Source of the DNA: Deinococcales bacterium
GTDB lineage: Bacteria; Deinococcota; Deinococci; Deinococcales; JAAFIG01
Direction: 5' to 3'
Assembly: GCA_031414595.1 (NCBI GenBank)
Contig: JANNVX010000014.1
Span: 48,078-112,077 of the forward strand
Length of the DNA stretch: 64,000 nt
Shown here piece after piece: positions 9,267-16,708 of this stretch. Both the position numbers and the translations under genes were made by a program. Numbering within the stretch: position 1 is the stretch's first letter; every line of letters begins with the position of its first letter. The notes beneath the pieces were generated by a model, which searched no databases, was not told where the DNA came from, and was given only the letters and a program-made list of their open reading frames with translations.

Positions 9267-10218
9267 AAATCGCTACGAATTTCTACTCATTTTTGATTGC
9301 GAAAATGGCAATCCCAATGGTGATCCCGACGCAGAAAACCTTCCAAGAATAGACTCCCAAGACGGTCATGGATTGGTCTCTCCAGAATCAATCAAACGAA
9401 AGATTCGTGACCGTATTGCCCTGAATGGTATAGAAATCTTTATCCAACACCAAACCAATCTCAATCGTGCGATTTTTGCGGCGCGTGAACAGAGTAATAC
9501 CTTAAAAGACAAATCCACCAAGATAACATTACAAAACGCCGCTGCAATTATGTGTAAACGATTTTATGATGTTCGGACTTTCGGTGGGGTAATGACTACA
9601 GGTGTCAATTCAGGTCAATTGACTGGACCTGTGCAGATTACATTAGCTCGCAGTGTTGACCCAGTTCATATCATGGATTGGGGAATTACTAGAGTGGCTG
9701 TTGCCGAAACTGTCCAAGGAGCAAAAACCCTGGCTGACTACGAACAATGGGAATCCGAACAAAATGCTTCAGATTTAAGAACTATGGGACGGAAAAGCCT
9801 GATTCCATATGGATTATTCGTAGCCAAAGGCTGCATCAGTGCGTTTGATGCGGAAAGAACAGGGTTTTCAGAAGCTGACCTCGAATTGCTCTGCGAAAGC
9901 ATGTTAGACATGTTTGAACACAGTCGCAGTGCCAGTCGTGGTTTGATGACCACAAGGCGCTTGGTAATTTTTAAGCATATAGGATCATCCAAAGACCCCA
10001 AAGTGCGCCTCAAACAAGCTAAACTAGGGCGTATTCCAGCACAAAATTTGCTCGAGTTAGGCAGAATTGTTCGCATTTCTCGCGTCAATAAAGATGCTTT
10101 TCCTCGAGCCTATCACGATTACGACGTGGTTGTGGATACCAGTGCATTACCAGAAACCATTGAAGTGCTGGATTTAGATTTGTGGGATGAAGAAAAGTTT
10201 CGCTCGGCTTGGGTTTAA
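9253..10218 (+). CDS. cas7c: Type I-C CRISPR backbone subunit Cas7c (Csd2)
   Basis: [55 protein letters not shown] RBS before the ATG at 9253. Confidence 0.95.
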   Translation: [321 protein letters not shown]

Positions 10219-10390
10219 GCGAACCCTTAGTGGCACTAAAATCACCTATAGTTCGCGGAAACCAAATTTCGTCTATGACGTGATTCTTCTGTGCGATATT
10301 GAGTAGTGATCAAAAAATTAATGTTGAATTATTGGGTTCGCAGAATGTATTCCTTTTTGACTTTGTACTATGAAAAGATATACATTTACA
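10219..10390 (+). promoter_or_regulatory. CRISPR leader
   Basis: AT-rich non-coding segment between cas7c and the first repeat, with a GCGAAC...GTTCGC inverted motif and a second GGTTCGC, as often seen in type I leaders. Confidence 0.65.
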
Positions 10391-10568
10391 GTCTCAATGG
10401 CATCTAGCCGTCGAGACGCTTGAAACCAAACCCGACGAAAGGATGCACATTACGATAATCCGTCTCATGGGCATCTAGCCGTCGAGACACTTGAAACATT
10501 GCCATCTAAAGTCCAATCACATACATTGGCATGTCTCTATAGCTTTTAGACATTGCGATGCTCGAGAT
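10391..10568 (+). CRISPR. Mini CRISPR array: three 36-bp repeats (third degenerate) and two 35-bp spacers
   Basis: R1 10391-10426 GTCTCAATGGCATCTAGCCGTCGAGACGCTTGAAAC; R2 10462-10497 (33/36); R3 10533-10568 (24/36). 71-bp period, GTCTC...GAGAC hairpin, TTGAAAC end. Confidence 0.9.
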
Positions 10569-10673
10569 TTGGAACTTTACAAAAAAAGTCTTTGCAGTAG
10601 CGACAATAAACCGTTAGCACCACTACATTCTCTTAAAACCTTGAATAAACATAGGACATGAGCTAGGATTACA

Positions 10674-10731
10674 GCCTCAACGGTACTTAGCCATCGAGAC
10701 GCTTGAAACTAACCAATTGACCTATATGCCC
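10674..10731 (+). CRISPR. Separated atypical repeat plus tRNA-targeting (homing) spacer
   Basis: Repeat 10674-10709 (30/36 to R1), then TAACCAATTGACCTATATGCCC, which matches the reverse complement of 11009-11030 at 18/22. Confidence 0.88.
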
Positions 10732-10813
10732 GAATTTATTTTTTCCAAAGCCTCTTGTTCCAGATATGCGGAGGTCAAAGCCAAAAGGTTTGCTTGAAAG
10801 GAGTATTGGGATC

Positions 10814-10961
10814 ACTGACACGGTAAACGATAAGAAATGATATAGAATTTAACTCGAGTTCGTTAAACACAATGTTTATTTAGGAAAGTTCAATCAGTGC
10901 CACGGTAAACGATATTGACATTCATAAAAATAATTACTGACAAAGTAAACGATAATTCACA
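10814..10961 (-). mobile_element. Tn7-like transposon end with three TnsB-binding repeats and terminal TGT/ACA
   Basis: ACTGACACGGTAAACGATAA (10814-10833), AGTGCCACGGTAAACGATAT (10896-10915), ACTGACAAAGTAAACGATAA (10936-10955), then TTCACA ending at 10961. Confidence 0.85.
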
Positions 10962-10966
10962 CCTAT

Positions 10967-10995
10967 TTGCCAAATGTGCATTTTACGGTTAATCT
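10967..10995 (+). promoter_or_regulatory. Sigma70-type promoter of the tRNA gene
   Basis: TTGCCA (10967-10972), 17 bp, TAATCT (10990-10995); 13 bp upstream of the tRNA. Confidence 0.6.
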
Positions 10996-11008
10996 AGGGG
11001 TCGTGCGA

Positions 11009-11085
11009 GGGTCTATAGCTCAATCGGTTAGAGCGGAGGTCTCATAAACCTTAGGTTCGGGGTTCAAGTCCCCGTGGACCCACCA
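11009..11085 (+). tRNA. tRNA with CAT anticodon (probably Ile2, possibly elongator Met; not initiator)
   Basis: Acceptor stem GGGTCTA/TGGACCC plus ACCA; D arm GCTC..GAGC; anticodon arm GAGGT-CTCATAA-ACCTT; T loop TTCAAGT. Confidence 0.95.
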
Positions 11086-11108
11086 AATTATGAAGTTTGG
11101 ATTTAATA

Positions 11109-11600
11109 ATGCCTTACACTCCAATTCTTGCCACGCTGGGTTATTTAATCTCTGAAGATAATCAAAAGGTTTTACTGGTGCATCGGCATAAACGCAACGC
11201 CGATGCACATCTTGGCAAATACAACGGACTGGGCGGGAAACTCGAGCCGTTCGAGGATGTGGTCTCCGGTTTGCGCCGTGAATTCTTAGAAGAAGCCGGA
11301 ATTGCCCTAGATAATGTAAGACTGCGCGGCACAATCAACTGGTCTGGTTTTGGTAAGACGGGCGAGGATTGGTTTGGCTTTATTTTTGTAGCGCGTGGTT
11401 TTTCTGGGCAAATCACCTATGAAAATCTCGAGGGAACGCTTGAATGGGTCGAAATTTCTAAGTTACTGGCTGGGGATTATCCGCTTTGGGAGGGCGATAA
11501 GCATTTTTTACCACTGGTTTTTGATGATAACACAAGCCCGTTTTCTGGGGTGATGCCGTATAAGAATGGCAAACTGGTCTCTTGGGCATTCTCGAGATAA
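11109..11600 (+). CDS. NUDIX hydrolase (8-oxo-dGTP diphosphatase-like)
   Basis: GLGGKLEPFEDVVSGLRREFLEEAG Nudix box; LWEGD motif. Confidence 0.9.
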   Translation: MPYTPILATLGYLISEDNQKVLLVHRHKRNADAHLGKYNGLGGKLEPFEDVVSGLRREFLEEAGIALDNVRLRGTINWSGFGKTGEDWFGFIFVARGFSGQITYENLEGTLEWVEISKLLAGDYPLWEGDKHFLPLVFDDNTSPFSGVMPYKNGKLVSWAFSR

Positions 11601-11601
11601 T

Positions 11602-14600
11602 TTACATATCCCAATGCACACGGCTGGTATCTTGGGCTTTTTCAATCACTAAACGGATTGGTAAGCGGTCTGCGAGGGCTGGGACGTGAGTTATTACGCC
11701 AACCATGCGCCCTTGGGTTTGCAGGTTCTCTAAGGTGTTGGCGACCATTTCCAAGGCATCTGCGTCGAGTGTGCCAAAGCCCTCATCTAAAAAAAGTGCG
11801 CCTAGGGCTTGGCTTCCAGCTAGATAATCGGACAGGGATAAAGCCAGTGCAAGCGAAGCAATAAAACTTTCGCCACCCGAAAGGGTTTTTACGCCTCGAG
11901 ATTCTAAGCCGTTCCAAGCATCCCGAACATGAAACTCTGCATCTATCAGTTCGAGCGTATAGCGTTCTCGAGTGATACCCTGCAAGGTTTTGGTGGCACG
12001 TTGCAGCAGTTGTTGTTGGACTCCTGCCAGTAAATAGTCTTGGAATTCATTGCCTTTCATATCTAGGGCTAGGGCAGCGTAAGTGTCAAAGCGTTTTTCT
12101 AGCCCGTTTTGCTCACGGCGTAGGTCTTTAGCTTGTTTAATCTGTTGTTCTAACTGGGTTTTTTCGGCTTCGAGTTGCCCAAGTGTGCGGCGCAAGGTTT
12201 GGTTTTGTTGTTCTAAATTTTGCTGTTGCTGCTCGAGTTCTTCGGGTGGTGTCTCGGGTTTTCTGCCGCCCAATTCTTCAGCAATTTGGTTTTGGCGTTG
12301 TTGCACCAACAATTGATTTTGCAGGTGTTTTTGGATGCTTTCCTCGAGTGCCAAAATTTCGGCTTCGGGTAGGCTTTGGCTTAGCGCGGTTTGGCTGTCT
12401 AAAAAACCCAATTCTGCGAGTTTGGCTTGGGTGGTTTCTTGGGCTTGCATAGCTTCTTGCTGGGCGGTATTTAAGTTGTTGCGTGTGGCTTCTAAGGCAC
12501 TTTTTAGGCTGGCGGTCTGGGTTTTAGCGTTTGTGTACGTTTCTCTGGCTTGGCGCTCATTCTGCTCGAGTTGCGAGCGCTTGGTTTTGAGGTTTTCAAT
12601 CTCGGTTTTGAGGTTTTCATTTGCGCCAGCTTGCCGTAATTCATAAGCAAAAGCCCCAAGCAGTTTTTGTTTAGCGGCTTGTAAGGCAGCATTGGCGTTG
12701 CTGTGTACGCCCAGCCGAGCCTCGAGTTTAAGCACCAAGGTTTTGCGTTCGCTTTCGATTTCTAGGCGTTGCTGCTCGAGCCGAAGGCTTTCTTGCAAGG
12801 CATTTTTTTGTTCTGCCTGACGGCTTTCTAAAAGCGAAACGGCTGCCTCGAGACGGCTTTGTTGGCTGGCAAGTTGCGCTTTTGTTTTACTCAGTTGCTC
12901 AGATGCACTTTTTTCGGCTTGCTGCAATTGTGTTTTGTTTTGCTGCAACTGCCTAACACGGTTTTCAAAATCGGTGGCTTGGCTTAATTCATTGGCTAAA
13001 CCAGAAAGTAATTCGGCTCGAGCCGTTTGTAAGGCACTTTTGGGGTCGGTGGAATCTGAAAGCACATCTTGCCAGCCTTGCAATAGTTGCTCGAGTTCTT
13101 CGCTTGTCTCACGCAAGGTTTTTTCAACTCGAGCCACTTCTTTAGCTGCACTCATTTTATTTTGTTCATGGTTTTTAGCAGCTTCTTTTAAGCGAGTGAA
13201 TTCATCACGTAAACGGCTGACCTCGAGCAATCCAACTTGCAGGGCTTTTTCGGACGTTGGCACATTGGCATTAAAATCTGGCAGGGTTTTAAGTGGTTCG
13301 CCACACACAGGGCAAGGGTCGCCGATATTTAAGTCGCGTACCAATTCAGCCGCGATATTCTCACGTTTTGCGGCTTCGAGTTTTGCCTCGAGTTCTTTTT
13401 GAGTGGCTGCCGCGATTTTCCCATCGCTCAGAACCGTGTTTTGCATGGTTTTTGTTTCTTCAAGTTGGGCTTCCCATTGTAGCAGTTCATCCCTTGCCGT
13501 CTCGAGTTCGGTTTTGGTGTTGCCAATTTGTTTGACAATTCGGACATGGGTTTTTAATTCGTTCTGGACAGTCATTATTCTCGTCCAAGCCTGTTCACTA
13601 AAACTTGGTGCGAGCGGACTGGCATCTTCAAGCTGCCCACCAAGTTCGCTTAAACGTTTTAATTTGGGTTTTAACGCCTCGAGTCCACGCAGTTCTTCTT
13701 CTAAAACGGGGATTTGCAGGGCGGCTTCTCGAGCCGTTTCTAGTGCGTGCATGTCCTCGATTTGTCTTTGCTGCACATCTTCAAGAACTTTTTGTTGCTC
13801 GAGTAGCGCGGTCTGGGCTTCTTTAAGACGAAGACCAACCGTTCCAAGTTCGGCGCGGCGGCGTTCAAGTTCTTTGAGTTGTTTTTGACTTCGTTCCAAA
13901 AGTGGTAATTGGGCGCTTAGTCGCTCGAGTTCACTCCAAGCAGTTTCAGTGAACGGTTCGCCCTCGGCAGTATCGCTCAGGCTTCCACCCAAGGCTTCCA
14001 ATCGTTCTAAACGCGGCACAAGCGCCGTTAAAGCCACCACCTTATCCTCGAGATGTTTCGTGCCAAGGGCGGCTTCTCGAGCCGTTTCTAAAGCCTCTAA
14101 ATGCTGTTGCTCGAGCCTGTGCGCCGACTCAAAACGCTGCTGGGCGGTTTCAGCTTCCCGTTTAATTTGACCAAGCCGCGCTTCAAGTTTTATGTTTTGT
14201 TCAATCAATGGCAAAATACTCGCCACGCGCCGTGCAGCTTTAGCTTGGGTTTGTAGTGCTTCAATTTTTGCTTGGGCAGCCTCTAAACCCTGCCACTCGA
14301 GTTTTACATTTTGCAGCGCGGTTTCTAAACGCCAGATGTCCCTTGCCTCAATCAGTGCCGTCTTTAACCGCTCGAGTTGCTGACCTGTCTGCTCGAGTTC
14401 CCTTTGTTTTTGCAGTTGTGTGGTTTCTAGCGTCTCGAGCGCTTCTGGTGTGGCAGTGGAGAGCGATTCTAACTGAATTTGCAATGCCTCAGATTTAGTT
14501 TTGGCTTCTCGAGCCAGTTCACCACTGCGTTTTTGGATGTTTTCGATTCGCTCTAAACCAATCAAATTCTTGAGTAAATCACGGCGTTGCTTGGGTTCAC

Positions 14601-15057
14601 CGCGCAAAAAACGATCAAATTCACCCTGCGGTAACAGTACCGCTCGAGTAAAACCTTCAAAATCCAAACCGACGGTGCGTTCAATCGCTTCAGCAACTTC
14701 TTTTTTCTTGATTTGCTCAACCGCCGTAACCCATTTATCATTTTCCAAGCGCTCAAACCGAACTTCCGAACTTTTACTCGAATAAGTGCGAGCCACACGA
14801 TATTTGCGTCCATCAGAGGCTTCAAATTCAAGACTTAAACTCATGCCGCTACTGCCTTGGGCAATCAGTTCCTTGGCGGGTTTAGAACCTAAACGCGGGG
14901 TTTGTTCAAACAGTGCAAAGGTCAGGGCATCTAAAATACTCGATTTTCCCGCGCCAGTCTGCCCAACAATTGCAAATAACTCGAGATTCGAGAAGTCAAT
15001 CACCGTCAAATCCCTAAAACACGTAAAACCCTGCAATTCTAAGCGAAGCGGACGCAT
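11602..15057 (-). CDS. sbcC: SbcC/Rad50 SMC-like nuclease ATPase subunit
   Basis: Walker A GQTGAGKS, LLPQGEF Q-loop, CPVCG zinc hook, LSGGE signature, LFLDEGFGTLD. Confidence 0.95.
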   Translation of the reverse strand: MRPLRLELQGFTCFRDLTVIDFSNLELFAIVGQTGAGKSSILDALTFALFEQTPRLGSKPAKELIAQGSSGMSLSLEFEASDGRKYRVARTYSSKSSEVRFERLENDKWVTAVEQIKKKEVAEAIERTVGLDFEGFTRAVLLPQGEFDRFLRGEPKQRRDLLKNLIGLERIENIQKRSGELAREAKTKSEALQIQLESLSTATPEALETLETTQLQKQRELEQTGQQLERLKTALIEARDIWRLETALQNVKLEWQGLEAAQAKIEALQTQAKAARRVASILPLIEQNIKLEARLGQIKREAETAQQRFESAHRLEQQHLEALETAREAALGTKHLEDKVVALTALVPRLERLEALGGSLSDTAEGEPFTETAWSELERLSAQLPLLERSQKQLKELERRRAELGTVGLRLKEAQTALLEQQKVLEDVQQRQIEDMHALETAREAALQIPVLEEELRGLEALKPKLKRLSELGGQLEDASPLAPSFSEQAWTRIMTVQNELKTHVRIVKQIGNTKTELETARDELLQWEAQLEETKTMQNTVLSDGKIAAATQKELEAKLEAAKRENIAAELVRDLNIGDPCPVCGEPLKTLPDFNANVPTSEKALQVGLLEVSRLRDEFTRLKEAAKNHEQNKMSAAKEVARVEKTLRETSEELEQLLQGWQDVLSDSTDPKSALQTARAELLSGLANELSQATDFENRVRQLQQNKTQLQQAEKSASEQLSKTKAQLASQQSRLEAAVSLLESRQAEQKNALQESLRLEQQRLEIESERKTLVLKLEARLGVHSNANAALQAAKQKLLGAFAYELRQAGANENLKTEIENLKTKRSQLEQNERQARETYTNAKTQTASLKSALEATRNNLNTAQQEAMQAQETTQAKLAELGFLDSQTALSQSLPEAEILALEESIQKHLQNQLLVQQRQNQIAEELGGRKPETPPEELEQQQQNLEQQNQTLRRTLGQLEAEKTQLEQQIKQAKDLRREQNGLEKRFDTYAALALDMKGNEFQDYLLAGVQQQLLQRATKTLQGITRERYTLELIDAEFHVRDAWNGLESRGVKTLSGGESFIASLALALSLSDYLAGSQALGALFLDEGFGTLDADALEMVANTLENLQTQGRMVGVITHVPALADRLPIRLVIEKAQDTSRVHWDM

Positions 15058-15749
15058 TAGCTAATCTGCTCGAGCGGAAGGTGGGTCAGGCGATTGGCAT
15101 AAATGAGTTCGGTGCTTTGGTGGGTGCTTTCGTGGACATCAATCCGCGTGATACCGGTGTTATTGAGTTGAAACCAGTGCTTACCCGAACCTACCGCTAC
15201 GCCAAGCGCTTGCCCCATAATATGAGCGTAAAAATGCCCATGCGAAACAATCGCAACTCGGTCTTTTGTGCCACCATGACGCTTGAGTAATTCTGCCCAC
15301 ATCTGAACGGCTCGAGGGTTACAGTCTAGTTCTACGGCTCGAGACCACCAGCCTTGTGTGCCGTAAATCGAAAAATCTATGCTCGGAAAACGCGCCCCCA
15401 GTTCGGCTCGGTTCTTGCCAGATTGCCCAAGGCGTTGCCCATCCTGCTCGAGCCAAATACCACCAGTTTCATGCCATTCTTCCCAGATTATAGGGGTTAA
15501 ACCTGTGCCACGGCTAATCTCGAGCGCGGTGTGAATCGCCCTTGTCATGGTACTACAATACAAATGTGTAAAACGCTGACCACTTTCAAGCGGGTCGGTA
15601 TTGCGAGTCAAAAAATCACCTAGGGTAGTCGCTTGTTTGACCCCAAGACTTGATAGTTCAGGGTCATCAGAACGCCCCAATTCTGCGCCAGTGGCATCAA
15701 AAAGAGCATTGTTAAGACTTTGGGCATGGCGAATAAAGTAAAACCGCAT
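15057..15749 (-). CDS. Histidine phosphatase (phosphoglycerate mutase family)
   Basis: FIRHAQS, RAIHTA and IVSHG motifs. Confidence 0.9.
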   Translation of the reverse strand: MRFYFIRHAQSLNNALFDATGAELGRSDDPELSSLGVKQATTLGDFLTRNTDPLESGQRFTHLYCSTMTRAIHTALEISRGTGLTPIIWEEWHETGGIWLEQDGQRLGQSGKNRAELGARFPSIDFSIYGTQGWWSRAVELDCNPRAVQMWAELLKRHGGTKDRVAIVSHGHFYAHIMGQALGVAVGSGKHWFQLNNTGITRIDVHESTHQSTELIYANRLTHLPLEQIS

Positions 15750-15830
15750 GGGTTATTTATACCAGACAAGCGATGAGTTATCGGGGTTTTTCGGTGCATT
15801 ACATTACTTTTAGGTGTGGTAATACGAGTT

Positions 15831-16265
15831 TCAGGAAGCCCATGTTTTACCAATGCCTGAACCTCTTTGGCTCTCGAGAAGTAGGTCTTGATGCAACGAA
15901 GTACCTTGTTCCCTAGCGGCTGTGATTGGAATGAATTCATCAGTGGTTTTTAAGCCTATGACCAACTCTGCATTTACTGCGTTACAGAGTCGCAACAATG
16001 TTTCAAGGGTATGGTTTTGATTTACATTTTCCCAACGTGAAATAAGACTTTGTTTTACCCCCATTTTTTTAGCAAGTTGCGCTTGTGTATAGCCTACTGT
16101 CTTACGCGCTTTTGCTAAAGCAACCACTAAACAATATTTTACAGCCTCTTCATTGGCAATGGCTTGCATTTCTGGAGTATCAGGAATCAAATCCTTCATC
16201 CACTTTGCCAAGTCCACAGGGGAAGTAACGGATGCTTGTACTTTGCTAATTTTTTTGTTTTTCAT
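15831..16265 (-). CDS. HigA-like Xre HTH antitoxin
   Basis: YTQAQLAKKMGVKQSLISRWEN HTH; downstream of a RelE-like toxin gene. Confidence 0.8.
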   Translation of the reverse strand: MKNKKISKVQASVTSPVDLAKWMKDLIPDTPEMQAIANEEAVKYCLVVALAKARKTVGYTQAQLAKKMGVKQSLISRWENVNQNHTLETLLRLCNAVNAELVIGLKTTDEFIPITAAREQGTSLHQDLLLESQRGSGIGKTWAS

Positions 16266-16269
16266 AATT

Positions 16270-16641
16270 TTATTCTTTCTGAGCTTCTTCGCGCTCGAGA
16301 ATAATAGCGCGGCGTTGACGGGCGACTTGTAGTTCCAATGGTGGTATTTTATTGTTTGAACGTCCTACTTTTGCAAACCCATGAAGTAAAATAATTCTTG
16401 TGCCAATGGTCGTAAAAAGAATTCTCGGGTTGTTCGTAGAGTTTTCGGCGCGTAATTCAAAAATACCTAATTCTATCTGGGAAACGATGTGCGAAGAGAC
16501 AAGATGTTTTTCATCTCGAGCATACTGAAGTCTCAATAGTAGCCTTTGTACTTCTGCATTTAACAACTGACCAAGGAAGTCCTGAACAGGGTTTTTTCCA
16601 CGATGATCGGTAAATTGTTCTATGCTCCATTGAACAGACAC
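16270..16641 (-). CDS. RelE/HigB-like (Gp49-type) toxin
   Basis: G.NPV.DFL, IFELR and IILLHGF.K motifs. Confidence 0.8.
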   Translation of the reverse strand: MSVQWSIEQFTDHRGKNPVQDFLGQLLNAEVQRLLLRLQYARDEKHLVSSHIVSQIELGIFELRAENSTNNPRILFTTIGTRIILLHGFAKVGRSNNKIPPLELQVARQRRAIILEREEAQKE

Positions 16642-16708
16642 TATTCATAACCTCTTAGAGTATATAACTTATAACTTATATTTTGTGTGACAATCGTAAC
16701 ACAAAACC

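Larger units (their letters stand above)
1..10961. mobile_element. Terminal part of a Tn7-like type I-C CRISPR-associated transposon; other end and tnsABC not in window, left boundary unknown
   Basis: tniQ-cascade operon, homing spacer, transposon end and accessory-type gene content. Inclusion of 1-5300 is inferred. Confidence 0.7.

Noticed and set aside
6718-10568. Ordinary type I-C defence system
   Set aside because: No cas3 or adaptation genes, tniQ is coupled to cas5c, and a self-matching spacer plus transposon end fit guided transposition better.
10604-10639. Possible fourth repeat at the 71-bp period (ends CTTAAAAC)
   Set aside because: Only the last few bases resemble the repeat and there is no hairpin. 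It is better explained as leader-like sequence, though not excluded.
11020-11334. 104-aa minus-strand ORF
   Set aside because: Overlaps the tRNA and the NUDIX gene in antisense; no motif.
11658-15064. Many plus-strand ORFs of 60-160 aa opposite sbcC (and similar antisense ORFs elsewhere)
   Set aside because: Antisense shadows of long genes, with no motifs or RBS support.
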